Part shown: piece by piece, positions 1 through 10,300 of the stretch
Layout: each line of letters starts with the position of its first letter
How positions within the stretch are numbered: position 1 is the stretch's first letter
Source: an uncultured delta proteobacterium
GTDB taxonomy: Bacteria > Myxococcota > Kuafuiibacteriia > Kuafuiibacteriales > Kuafuiibacteriaceae
Assembly (NCBI GenBank): GCA_963803435.1
Contig: CAWDML010000004.1
Location: 128,001 to 192,000 of the forward strand
Length of the DNA stretch: 64,000 bases
Direction: 5' to 3'
Translations under genes and position numbers: made by a program
The notes under the pieces: generated by a model
The model's input: the letters and a program-made list of their open reading frames with translations, nothing else
Database searches by the model: none
Told to the model about the DNA's origin: nothing

Positions 1-155
1 GCCGTGTTGTTCACGATGGAATCGGATGCCCGCCGAAGCTGATCGCGGACGTGAGCGTGACCGGGTTGCAGTTCTTGTGCGATCTCTTCAGCGATGTCGG
101 CATACTCGACGGCGAGCTGGTAGGCCTCGAGCTTCTCGTGATCGAAAGTGGCCAT
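1..155 (-). CDS. Four-helix-bundle protein (TIGR02436/23S rRNA IVP-like), N-terminal part; runs off the window
   Basis: MATFDHEKLEAYQLAVEYADIAEE...DQLRRASDSIVNNTA; nearly identical to 63240-63608. Confidence 0.85.
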   Translation of the reverse strand, partial: MATFDHEKLEAYQLAVEYADIAEEIAQELQPGHAHVRDQLRRASDSIVNNT

Positions 156-191
156 GCAAGCTAGCTTGCGGTAGCTCGTCCACTTTGACCT

Positions 192-590
192 GGCGATGCT
201 CCGCGGAAGATGACGGCAGACAACGGCTATCTGAGCGCGACCAACATCGAATTCTGCGACAACAATCAGATCGATGCCCACATCGCTGTTGGACGCGAAC
301 AGAACCAAGACGCGTCGACTCCGTCCTCATCAGCTTCGGAGCCCACACCTGCCTCGCTCGCTCGCAAGCGAATGCGAGACAAGTTGCAAACGCGCGACGG
401 CAAGGCGGTCTACGCCCGCAGGAAGAGTATCGTCGAACCGGCGCTCGGACAGATCAAAGCGGCACGAGGATTCCGCCGGTTCTCGCTCCGCTCCTTCTTC
501 AAGGTACGAGCCGAGTGGACGCTCGTCTGCCTCACCCACAACCTGCTCAAGCTCTACCGATCGAAGCTCGCGACCGTCGCGAGCGTCTGA
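192..590 (+). pseudogene. IS1182-family transposase C-terminal fragment
   Basis: ADNGYLS and YARRKSIVEPALGQIK...GFRRFSLR...EWTLVCLTHNLLKL motifs; 5' part deleted at ~190. Confidence 0.85.
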
Positions 591-610
591 CTCAAGGCAG
601 CCATCTTCAG

Positions 611-686
611 ATCGGGACCCGGACCGGGACCGGGACCGGGACCCGGACCGGGCTCGCGTGAGCGCTTACGCGCTACACGCTCCTAG
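611..686. repeat. Long terminal inverted repeat with GGGACC hexamer array (transposase side)
   Basis: atcgggacccggaccgggaccgggaccgggacccggaccgggctcgcgtgagcgcttacgcgctacacgctcctag; one hexamer longer than the equivalent ends of the other copies. Confidence 0.9.
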
Positions 687-1127
687 CTAGTCGACGGCCC
701 AGAAGGTCCGGACCAGCAGCTTCGGCGGGTGGGCGGCCTCCAGGTGGCCCTCGACCACGTAGGTCTTTCCGATCTGGAACGGCTTGCACTCGATCTCGTT
801 GAGCGGTCCCTTGCACCGGATGTCCTCGCCCTCGTACGTGCCGCCGAGGACCATGGGCCAGTCGTCGAGCCCTTCCTTCGGGAGGTCGAGCCCGGTGTCG
901 ATGACGAGCGGTCCGCGGCAGTACTGGCAGTCCTTGCAGTACGTCTTCCACTCGCCGTCCTCCTGACGGCAGCGCGCTCCGCTCTTGAACTTCGCCTTCA
1001 CCACCACGCGCTGGCCGATGTGCGCATCGATGTTCTTCAGGAACTCGTCCGCGTCGATGGACGCGGGCGGCCCGAAGCAGGCCGGAACCAGGAGCGCGAG
1101 CGAGAGGATCCAGATCCGATGCGTCAT
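687..1127 (-). CDS. Cys-rich putative lipoprotein
   Basis: MTHRIWILSLALLVPAC lipobox; CKDCQYC; last gene of a three-gene minus-strand run. Confidence 0.75.
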   Translation of the reverse strand: MTHRIWILSLALLVPACFGPPASIDADEFLKNIDAHIGQRVVVKAKFKSGARCRQEDGEWKTYCKDCQYCRGPLVIDTGLDLPKEGLDDWPMVLGGTYEGEDIRCKGPLNEIECKPFQIGKTYVVEGHLEAAHPPKLLVRTFWAVD

Positions 1128-1135
1128 ACCTAACC

Positions 1136-1744
1136 TCAATAACGGGCGGAGGCCCGCGATCTTCCCCAATCCGGGTTGGCGATCGGTCCCTCGACGTCGC
1201 ACTCGAGGAACAGGTGGCGGTCGCCCTCGAACACGTGGCGCCCGCGCCGGTGCAGGCCCGCGATCCTCAGCGCCGGCGGGACGGCGAGCGGCACCGGCGC
1301 TCCGGAGAGCGCGGCGTCGGCCGGAACCACGAGCCGGTACAGGGCCAGGAATCGTTGCTCGCGCGTGATGAACAGATCGTACATCTCCGGCTCCGGCATC
1401 GGCCCCGCGAAACCGATGCGCTCGGTCGCCTTCCTCGCGGCCAGGCGCGCGCGGACCTTGCTGGTGATGAACCCCTCGGCGATGTGGTGGTGATCCTTCG
1501 AGTCGCCGACGGCCAGCACCACGGTCTGTCCCTCGAAGCGATACACACCCGCCGCCAGATCGTGCCACCACGGGAGCTCGCCGCGGCCGACCTGACCGAT
1601 CTCCGCGGTAGCCGTGTCGGTCGAGACCAGCTCGGCGGTGATCTCGGGCGGCGGCGGCAGCGGCTCCGGGTCGGGCGCGTTCGCCGTCGCGCTCGGGGCC
1701 GCGCAGGCGGCCAGCAACACCGGGAGGACGATCGGGGCACGCAT
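1136..1744 (-). CDS. Putative lipoprotein
   Basis: MRAPIVLPVLLAAC lipobox; start overlaps the upstream stop. Confidence 0.75.
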   Translation of the reverse strand: MRAPIVLPVLLAACAAPSATANAPDPEPLPPPPEITAELVSTDTATAEIGQVGRGELPWWHDLAAGVYRFEGQTVVLAVGDSKDHHHIAEGFITSKVRARLAARKATERIGFAGPMPEPEMYDLFITREQRFLALYRLVVPADAALSGAPVPLAVPPALRIAGLHRRGRHVFEGDRHLFLECDVEGPIANPDWGRSRASARY

Positions 1745-2955
1745 CAGGATCCGAACTTCATCCTGCCGAACCGGACCACGTTGTGAAAGTCACCCACGCG
1801 CGGAGGCGACCATGCGGTGAATTCGCCCTCTGTCCGCCCGTCCACGCGGTGTTTCTCGATCCGGAACGCGTTCATCCGCCACTCGTCCCCCGGCTTGGGT
1901 GGGGCGCTCAGCCACCTCAGCTTCTGAAAGGGAACCGACCACTCGCTGACCCAGCCCCGATCGCGGTCGGGCACGTTGAGCGTCCCGTCGATGACGGTGC
2001 CGACCGTCTGTCCCGCGTCGAACGAGGTGTCCATCCCCTGCCGCCGGCCTGTGAACGACGCGTCGAAGATGACGCCGCCAGGCGACGCCTGGAGCTCGAG
2101 ATACGGGCCGAGCTCGGGCGCGCGGACGTTGGGCATCAGGAAGACCTCGACGCTCTCGTGCTCGTAGATCGGATCGTCCCGCTTCTGGTACCGCTCGGTG
2201 ACGTCCGCATCCTCGCTCTCGAACGCGACGTAGAGGTTCTGGTCGTCGTAGAGCAGGCGCAGCTTGGTGGGGAACGCGACCGCGACGTCGCGCCCCATGC
2301 TGTCGGCGAAGGTGAGCACCTCCGCGGTCTGCCAGGCGGGCTCGTCGAGCTTGCCGTCGGCGACGATCTTCTCGGCCGTGCGCTTCACGGTGGTCTCCGG
2401 CAGATCGTCGGCGCGCGCCTCACCGATGGGGAGCACCGCGGCCCGGATGCGGTCGTGGCCGTCCTGGCTGTTCGGCGGGCCCTCGACGGTGGCGCGGACA
2501 TCTCCCTTGAATAGACCTGCGTAGAGGACGAGAGTTCCACCGGGCGCATCCGGCGGGATGAGGACCTTGTGCGGATCGGCCCAGATCTCGCCCTTCTCCC
2601 ATACTGAAGGAGGCAGCCGGCCCAAGATCGGCGCGTGGTCCGCCACCAGGACCCGCTGTCCTGCGGGCGTCTCGCCGTGCACGAAGACGTCCCAATCTCC
2701 GCTCATCGGCTCGAGGACCTGGAAGTAGTGGGTCACGTCGACGACGTCGGCGCGGGCCGGGTGCGCGGGCGCGACGTCGACGCCGAGATACGCGATCTCT
2801 CCGCGCCCGTCGCGCTCGTGGAGCACGACCTTCGACGGGAACATCGGCGACGCGCTCGAGCGGCGGAGCGCGGCGATCGCCGGATCGTTGCGGGCCGCTT
2901 TCGGGTCCGCCTTGCATGCGAGGAGGCAGAGGAGGAGAGACCACCCGCGCCGCAT
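1744..2955 (-). CDS. Lipoprotein with carbohydrate-binding family 9-like (CBM9/DOMON-like) domain
   Basis: LLLCLLAC lipobox; ADGKLDEPAW, LLYDDQNLYVAF, WVSEWSVPF, WRMNAFR, DFH motifs. Confidence 0.8.
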   Translation of the reverse strand: MRRGWSLLLCLLACKADPKAARNDPAIAALRRSSASPMFPSKVVLHERDGRGEIAYLGVDVAPAHPARADVVDVTHYFQVLEPMSGDWDVFVHGETPAGQRVLVADHAPILGRLPPSVWEKGEIWADPHKVLIPPDAPGGTLVLYAGLFKGDVRATVEGPPNSQDGHDRIRAAVLPIGEARADDLPETTVKRTAEKIVADGKLDEPAWQTAEVLTFADSMGRDVAVAFPTKLRLLYDDQNLYVAFESEDADVTERYQKRDDPIYEHESVEVFLMPNVRAPELGPYLELQASPGGVIFDASFTGRRQGMDTSFDAGQTVGTVIDGTLNVPDRDRGWVSEWSVPFQKLRWLSAPPKPGDEWRMNAFRIEKHRVDGRTEGEFTAWSPPRVGDFHNVVRFGRMKFGS

Positions 2956-3160
2956 GGTCGGGCTGTTAGCACGCAGGCGTCCGCCCATCGACCGACGACA
3001 GGTGGGAGGATGAAGCAGATGATGGACCCTTCCTGGCTGGGGCTCCCCCTACCCGTGATCGCTGTTATCAAAGTAACGACGTCCGTTCGGCGTATGTCGG
3101 CAAAACGGCGGTCGGGTGCACGACGCGTTCACAAGACCAAGGGAGACGGGGGTCACTTCA

Positions 3161-3176
3161 CCGGCACGACGGTTGC
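3161..3176 (+). promoter_or_regulatory. Putative sigma54 (-24/-12) promoter upstream of the metalloprotease pair
   Basis: CCGGCACGACGGTTGC versus consensus YTGGCACG-N4-TTGC; GG-N10-GC spacing exact. Confidence 0.65.
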
Positions 3177-3354
3177 CTGCTACCGGGCGTCCGATCGCGC
3201 CGTGACGCGAGCGGGAGGGTTCGAGACGTGATGCATCGAGAGAACGCCCACCGAGCACACACGATTCCAACGAGCTCTGCCGCTTTGCGCCATGACGTTT
3301 TTGCTGGACCGCGGGTGACGGCTTGGTGTCAACCAGCCGAGCCCACATACGAGT

Positions 3355-3386
<32 letters not shown>

Positions 3387-3403
3387 TGAACGGAGGACGC
3401 GGA

Positions 3404-6400
3404 ATGATGGTGAGGAAGTCCGCTGGGCTGAGCCTGGCGATCCTCGGCACCTCGATGATCCTGGGGTCGTTCGGCTGCGAACACCGCAACGACGATATCA
3501 ACCAGGTTCAACCGGGGTACGTGAGGAAGGCGATCTTCGAGCAGGATAGCGAGTGGTATTACCGCCGCACGATCGCCAAGTCGGAGACGACGAATCAATA
3601 TATCGTCGAGGGGCACGGCGACATCCCCCTGGACAGGGTGAAGTTCAACGTTCAGGAGAACGTCCTGATCGCTTACAAGCCCTATGAAGCGATCCCGGGC
3701 TCCCAGACCCAGGAGCTCGAGGGCAACACGTTCTTCGAAGGGACGGTGCTGGCCGCCTGGCCCATCGAGTCCCACTTCGACATCATCCGCAACTACGATC
3801 CGGTCACCGGGAACGAGACCAACGTTCTCATGGAGAACACGACCGATCGTCCCTGGTACGAGCGCGACTACATGCGCGTCGACTGGGCGAGCAACCTGGT
3901 CGAGAAGTCGATCTACGGCGACTACAGCGGCTACTGGTTCCCGGTCTACTACGTGTCGACCGGGAGCTATTGGACGAACCTCGAGACCCGTCCCACTGAT
4001 CCGTTCGCGTCCCGGTTCAGCGACGACTACGTCGAGGTCACCGACCATGCGATCCTGGGCATGGACCTCTTCATGTGCGCCGCGTTCGGTGGGTACTCAC
4101 TCGCCCACTACACGAACTGCGGCTACGGCGAGGCCAAGGTCCGGCACAGCTTCGTTCGCGTGAAGACGCCGAGCGACTTCGTGCCGCGCGCCTATCCGGA
4201 CTCGGTCGTGAGAAAGGATCCCTCCACCGGGGAGACCATCTACGACGACGAGACCGGCGAGGTGAAGCGCGAGCACTACTACAACCGGTTCGGCCTCTTC
4301 CGCATCGAGGTCCCGACCTACGATCGCGGCTACGGGCTCACCGAGAGCGGCCGCCTCTTCCGCGCGATGATCTTCAACCTCTGGGAGAAGAGCACCGACG
4401 CCAACGGCAACGAGCTGCCCCTGGCGGAGCGCACGCCGAAGCCCATCATCTACTACCTCAACACCGAGTACCCGGCCCGCTATCGCGAGGCTGCGGCGCA
4501 GGTGTCCGCCGAGTACGGCCGCGTTTTCACGCAGATGGTGGCCGACATGCAGGGCAAGTCGGTCGACCAGCTCAAGCAGGAGGTCGGCGGCGAGATGTAC
4601 CAGATCCGGGACAACGACTGTAACGAGGCCAACGTCATCAGCTTCGTGTCGGCGAATCCGGACCTCATCTACGCGGTCGAGCGCGCCGTCTGCAAGGACG
4701 GCGAGGCGTGCGACCTCACGGTGGACAATCTCTCCGACGCCATCGGCGTGGGCAACCTGAAGGAGGTCTGCACCTCCCTCGAGTCCGCCACGCTCGATCC
4801 GAGCACCGGCAAGAGCGAGTTCAGCTGGCAGCGGATCGGCGACGCCCGCTACAACATGGTGGTCTACCTGAACAACCCGCAGCGCTCCCCGTGGGGCGGC
4901 TACGGCCCGATGCACGCCGACGCGCGCACCGGCGAGACCGTCAGCGCCACCGCGTTCCTCCGTGGCAACAGCTACGAGATCGGCGCGGCGAACATCGTCG
5001 ACTACATCGAGTTCATCAACGACGAGAAGTCCGAGTCCGAGATCATTTACGGCCAGGACGTCCGCAAGGCGATCTCGACCTCGCTCGAGCGCGCCCACGC
5101 GCTGGAGAACGCCCAGGCCAGCCCGCAGTTCATGGATCGGATGATGAACCGGCTGCACGCCCTCGGCTCCACCAAGGAAGAGCTCCTGGTCGAGGCGCCG
5201 AACGCCGAGCACCTCAACAACCGGCTGTCGCGGATCAAGGGCACCAAGCTCGAGGACGCGCTCATCAACGAGAAGCAGCTCTGGATGGCCGCCGACGGCG
5301 ACTGGCGTCCGGGCATGCCGATCACCGACGAGCAGCGTGAGCTGGCCTCGCCGGTGGGCCGCATGTCGATCCAGAACCCGACCTCCATCACCCGCCGCCG
5401 CGCCCGCGCGGCCCTGGGTCAGGCCGGCTTCTGCTTCCTCGAGCACGAGTTCGACAACGACTGGGTGGGCCTGGCCCTCAAGCTGAAGGACCTGCCGCGC
5501 CACACGACGTGCGACTCGAACAACAACTGCACGAAGGGCCGCTTCGAGATCGTCGCCGACCGCCTCATGAAGCACGTCATGCTCCACGAGCTCGGCCACA
5601 ACGTGGGTCTCGCCCACAACTTCGAAGGCAGCTACGACGCCCTCAACTACCCGGATCAGTTCTGGAACCTCAACTGGGCCAGCGATCAGGAGAAGCTCGA
5701 GGGGCAGTACCAGGAGTTCCGGCACACCACCGTGATGGAGTACCTGTCCGGCAAGGGCGCGTTCGACGACTCGCTCGGCAAGTACGACGAGGCCGCCATC
5801 CGGTTCGCCTACGCGAACCAGGTCGAGGTCTTCGCCAGCGACAAGATCGACCAGAGCCTGCAGGGCGGCGAGGCCCTCCGTGCCTGGCGGTACTACAACG
5901 ACTACCGGAAGATTCCGGACTACCTGTGCGGCGCCGGCGGCTGCGCGTCGGACGACGAGCGGCGTGAGGTGATCAAGGACCGCAAGTGGGTCGACTTCGA
6001 TCCGCAGGCCCCGAACCAGCTCGAGGTGCCGTTCCTCTTCTGCGACAACTACTACGACCGCGTGACCCCGTTCTGCGCGACGTTCGACTACGGTTCGAAC
6101 CTCCGCGAGATCCACGCGAACTACTACACGCTGTGGTCGCAGTACTTCTTCTTCAACAACTTCGCCCGTGAGCGTCTCGACCCGCTGGCCTGGAGCCCGA
6201 GCCGCGCGCTCATCCCGGCGGAGCTGGCCATGACGAACCTCGACGTGGTGGCGCAGTACTTCTATTACATGAACGCGACCGACCCGACGTTCTCCCAGAC
6301 CGACATCGCCGAGGACATGGCCACCACGCTGGCCCACGGCCTCAACATGGCGGCGGAGATCATCTCGACGCCGGAGCCGATCCGGATGTGCCCGTGGACG

Positions 6401-7336
6401 GCCACCACCAACCCGGTGGTGTACCTGCCCTGGTACTTCCACAACGCGTGCGACGAGTACGCCGACCTCAACAGCGACTACGCGATCCGCGCCCAGGCGA
6501 TCCAGGTGCCGCTCGGCGACGCCCGGCCCTCGACCCTCGGTCTGACGGAGGACTACGAGGAGTATCAGTGGTCGTTCGTCGGGTCGTACTTCGACAAGTC
6601 GGACGTCCTCTTCCTGCTCGGCTACACGCAGCCGACGCTGTTCCGGTTCAACTACGACCTCGACGAGCGCAACTACTACATCAGCCTCTATCGGCTGTTC
6701 GAGGGTGAGCTCCGGCAGTTCTACGATTCTTTGATCAACCTGGACGGCTTCTTCATCCGCTCGGAGACCGCCGAGAAGCTCGGCTCCTACTGGTGCCGGG
6801 ACGAGACGGCCCCGACCGTGGCGCACCTCGGTCACTTCGAGCCGCGCAAGATGATCGATCCGGAGGCTGCCGATCAGACCTCGCTGCCCGGTCCGAGCGC
6901 CCAGTGCTTGAACGCCGCCGTGGTCTATCCGGAGCTCCTGTCGAACATGCCGTATGAGGCGATGTTCGTGGCGCACGCGTTGTTCAGCTCCGACTTCGAC
7001 GGACAGCTCAACATGGGCAAGTCCATGAAGGTGTTCGTGGTCGGTGCCGACGACGACTTCACGGACTGGTCGCAGCTGCCGAACTGCGAGGTCGCAGCGG
7101 CGGACGCCCAGTGCTACTGCCAGATGACGGACAGCCTGACCGGTCTCCAGTACCGGTCGGTGACGCAGCCGGCCGGCGTGCCGAGCATCGGCTGCCGACT
7201 CATCGAGCGGGCGGACGAGGCCCAGTCGAACTATCAGACGTCCGGCGGGAATCCTTACTACAAGGATAACTGGCGGCAGTGGATCGAGCGGCTCGAGTTC
7301 GCTCGTGACCTCTACCGGCTCTACAACACCCGGTGA
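3404..7336 (+). CDS. Large zinc-dependent metalloprotease lipoprotein (Met-zincin, EcxA/DUF4953-like)
   Basis: GGAGG RBS; SFGC lipobox; HELGHNVGLAHNF zinc motif; Met-turn TTVMEY. Confidence 0.85.
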   Translation: MMVRKSAGLSLAILGTSMILGSFGCEHRNDDINQVQPGYVRKAIFEQDSEWYYRRTIAKSETTNQYIVEGHGDIPLDRVKFNVQENVLIAYKPYEAIPGSQTQELEGNTFFEGTVLAAWPIESHFDIIRNYDPVTGNETNVLMENTTDRPWYERDYMRVDWASNLVEKSIYGDYSGYWFPVYYVSTGSYWTNLETRPTDPFASRFSDDYVEVTDHAILGMDLFMCAAFGGYSLAHYTNCGYGEAKVRHSFVRVKTPSDFVPRAYPDSVVRKDPSTGETIYDDETGEVKREHYYNRFGLFRIEVPTYDRGYGLTESGRLFRAMIFNLWEKSTDANGNELPLAERTPKPIIYYLNTEYPARYREAAAQVSAEYGRVFTQMVADMQGKSVDQLKQEVGGEMYQIRDNDCNEANVISFVSANPDLIYAVERAVCKDGEACDLTVDNLSDAIGVGNLKEVCTSLESATLDPSTGKSEFSWQRIGDARYNMVVYLNNPQRSPWGGYGPMHADARTGETVSATAFLRGNSYEIGAANIVDYIEFINDEKSESEIIYGQDVRKAISTSLERAHALENAQASPQFMDRMMNRLHALGSTKEELLVEAPNAEHLNNRLSRIKGTKLEDALINEKQLWMAADGDWRPGMPITDEQRELASPVGRMSIQNPTSITRRRARAALGQAGFCFLEHEFDNDWVGLALKLKDLPRHTTCDSNNNCTKGRFEIVADRLMKHVMLHELGHNVGLAHNFEGSYDALNYPDQFWNLNWASDQEKLEGQYQEFRHTTVMEYLSGKGAFDDSLGKYDEAAIRFAYANQVEVFASDKIDQSLQGGEALRAWRYYNDYRKIPDYLCGAGGCASDDERREVIKDRKWVDFDPQAPNQLEVPFLFCDNYYDRVTPFCATFDYGSNLREIHANYYTLWSQYFFFNNFARERLDPLAWSPSRALIPAELAMTNLDVVAQYFYYMNATDPTFSQTDIAEDMATTLAHGLNMAAEIISTPEPIRMCPWTATTNPVVYLPWYFHNACDEYADLNSDYAIRAQAIQVPLGDARPSTLGLTEDYEEYQWSFVGSYFDKSDVLFLLGYTQPTLFRFNYDLDERNYYISLYRLFEGELRQFYDSLINLDGFFIRSETAEKLGSYWCRDETAPTVAHLGHFEPRKMIDPEAADQTSLPGPSAQCLNAAVVYPELLSNMPYEAMFVAHALFSSDFDGQLNMGKSMKVFVVGADDDFTDWSQLPNCEVAAADAQCYCQMTDSLTGLQYRSVTQPAGVPSIGCRLIERADEAQSNYQTSGGNPYYKDNWRQWIERLEFARDLYRLYNTR

Positions 7337-7362
7337 TGGAAGGAAGAAGGGAGACCCTGAGC

Positions 7363-10300
7363 ATGCAGTACAGCATCAAAGCAGGTGCCGGTCTCGCCCT
7401 GGCGATGGCTCTCGGGTGTGCACCGGACGTATCGACGGTCGATCGCACTCAACCGAATGCGCTCAACAAGTCGCAGTTCGAGGGCATCTGGTACCACCGG
7501 GCGACGATCATCGAAGCGGACCCCGAGGCGGGGGACACGGAGGGACTGACCTCCAACTCGGAGAAGATCCGTTGGGACATCACGGAGGGGCTGCTCATCG
7601 CTTACCGAAGCTATGAGTTCGTGCCCTACGCCGAGGGTCTGACGGACGAAGGCCGCGACTTCTTCGGAGCGCCGGTGGCGGCGTTCCAGATCCTCAAGCA
7701 CTTCGACATCCAGCGCGACTACAACCCGACCACGGGCGTCGAGTCGAACGTGCTGGTGGAGAACGACACGGATCGTCCGTGGTTCGAGCGGCAGTACATG
7801 CGTGTCGACTGGTCGACGAACATCGTCGGCCAGAGCACGGCGTTCTGGACCGGCTGGTCGAACTACCCGGACGCGTATCTGTCGGGTGAGGCGAAGGCCA
7901 AGTACTACGTGCAGGGGCAGGATGAGACCAACATCAACCGCCCGATCTTCACGGAGAACTACTTCGACGTCACCAACATCTACAGCGTGTCGCCGGACGC
8001 CTACTACTGCAACGTCATGCTCCTGTACAACCAGGTGCCGCGCTGCGGTCTCGGCAACGTCAAGGTCCGTCTGTCGTTCCGCAAGGTCGATCCGCAGGAC
8101 GACTACGAGTCGCTCTACTACCCGGACTACATCGAGCTGAAGGATGACGCGGGTAACGCGATCATCACGAACTTCGATGGCCGGAGCTGCGACAACTACG
8201 ATCCGGGCGCCTGCTCGGTGAAGACGTACCCGTACGACGCCGCCTTCGGAAACTTCCGCGTCATGCGCGCCGCCTTCGATCGCGAACGGTTCCTCACCCG
8301 GACCGGCCGCATCTACATGGCCGGCCGCCACAACCTGTGGAAGGACAGCTTCAACGACGACGGCTCGGTCATCCCGTACGACCAGCGGACCCCGAAGCCG
8401 ATCATCTACTACGCCAACGTGCAGTTCCCCGCGGACGTGTACGCCAAGGCGCAGAAGATGGCGGACGCCTGGAACAAGCCGTTCACCGACGTGGTGGCCT
8501 ACCGCAAGGGCTACCTGACGCCTGAGGGCCAGCCGGACGACGCGCGTCTCCGCAACGAGATGGGCGAGGACATGTTCCAGTTCCGCAAGAACACCTGCAA
8601 CCCGGAGAACATCGCCGCCTACGCGGAGGCCAACGGGTACAGCGACGTGGTGGAGCGGATCGCGGGCTCGGCCGATCGCATCGCGATCGGGAACGTCGAG
8701 CAGGTCTGCGCCGCGGTGCAGTTCGCGGAGCTCAAGGACGGCAAGACGCTCGATCCGGCCTACGCGGCGCGGACGGGCACGCCGATGGCGTTCACCTGGG
8801 AGCGCAAGGGCGACCTTCGCTTCAACTTCGAGAACTACATCACCCAGCTTCAGTTCTACGGGCCGTGGGGCGTCGCCCAGTTCGGCCAGGATCCGGAGAC
8901 GGGCATGTTCTACTCGAACACCGCCAACTACTTCGGTGACGCCGGCGACAACATCTCGCAGAACGAGGTGGACGTCATCCAGTGGCTGAACGGCGATCTC
9001 TCGGAGGAGGAGCTCTTCCGGGGTGACGTGACCCGCCGTGAGGTGGTGTCGCGCCGGCAGGTCCGGAACAACGGCATCCGCGACGTCGTGAAGCAGATGC
9101 TGGCCCAGCAAGAGGACGAGATCATCGATCAGAGCGGCGATCATCTCTTCACCGAGGGCACCCCGGACGAAGAAGACCGCCGATTCCAGGCGATGTGGGG
9201 CAATACGGACCTCGAGAAGAACTACCTGGTGAACGACGATCTGCTTCGCTCGTACGCCGGTCCGAACCTCTACCAGCCCTTCGGCAATGCGCCGCCGCCC
9301 ACCGGCATCGCGCAGCTGGTTCCGGGCGACGTGACCCAGCAGGCCCTCGACGCGGCCCGTCCCAGCACCTGGGGCACCACGTCGGACACGAATCCGTTCA
9401 TGAAGGCCGCGTACGAGCTCGGCCGGGGCGGCTTCGACATGGCCGACTTCTTCGACCCGAACTCTGCGGGCCTCGCCGAGTTCTTCAAGGGCGAGGATCG
9501 GGACACGATCTACCAGTGGCTCCGCACCGAGCTCTTCGCGGCGGTCAACAGCCACGAGACCGGTCACACGTTCGGCCTGCGGCACAACTTCGAGGCCTCG
9601 ATGGATCCGCAGAACTACCGGCCCGAGTTCTGGTGGCTGCAGAACGCCGACGGCAACGTGATCCAGTACTGGAACAACCCGCCGACGGAGGGCAACGAGC
9701 ACCGCGGCAACGAGTACAAGTACGCGTCCATCATGGACTACGCGTTCGACATCCCGCTGGAAGGCTTCTACGGCATCGGCAAGTACGACGAGGCCGCGAT
9801 CCGCTTTATGTACGGGCAGATGCAGGAAGTCTGGGACAACACCAAGGTCTCGATTCCGGATCCGCGCAAGTACGGCTCGTTCGCCCGCCGCTGCGGTCAC
9901 GACTCCGACTTCTGGGGGCTGCCGGGCCTGATGTACTGGATGTCGCCGGAGCACATTCCGGTCATCCTGTCGCAGACGCCCAAGGATCAGGCACCCTGCG
10001 CGGGAGACTACGACGTCAACACGGCCTGCGACTCGGAGCTCGACCGGATCTTCCGCGAGATGGTGGTCCGCGTGGAGTCGAACGCGCAGTCGAACAACCT
10101 GCCGTCGTCCTGCGCGCTGTTCATCGGCGATGTGAACTGGATGCTGTCGGAGATCAAGAAGCTGACGCCGAACGCGCAGAACGTGTACGGCGCTCGCAAG
10201 TACGCCAAGGTCGAGGATCTCGATCACGCAGCGGATCGAAGTGCTGACCAACCCGCCGGAGTACGACGACGTCGGCACGGCCTCCGTCGACGAGTCCAAG

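Larger units (their letters stand above)
1..686. mobile_element. IS1182-family element carrying a four-helix-bundle gene, copy 1 (internally deleted, cut by window start)
   Basis: Ends ...GCGCTACACGCTCCTAG (683-686 CTAG), as do the copies at 14.7, 17.6 and 62.7 kb; contains the transposase 3' part and the four-helix-bundle 5' part. Confidence 0.9.

Noticed and set aside
611-686. GGGACC and GAGCAC arrays as CRISPR repeats
   Set aside because: Contiguous hexamers without spacers, and no cas genes
10215-10245. Programmed frameshifting or true pseudogenes in the protease, pyrC and DUF4105-like genes
   Set aside because: No slippery sequences; all breaks sit at GATC, which fits systematic sequencing error
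4097-10299. Very long minus-strand ORFs (959 aa, 992 aa) and similar shadow ORFs throughout the window
   Set aside because: Antisense shadows of GC3-biased genes with no recognisable motifs; expected in high-GC DNA
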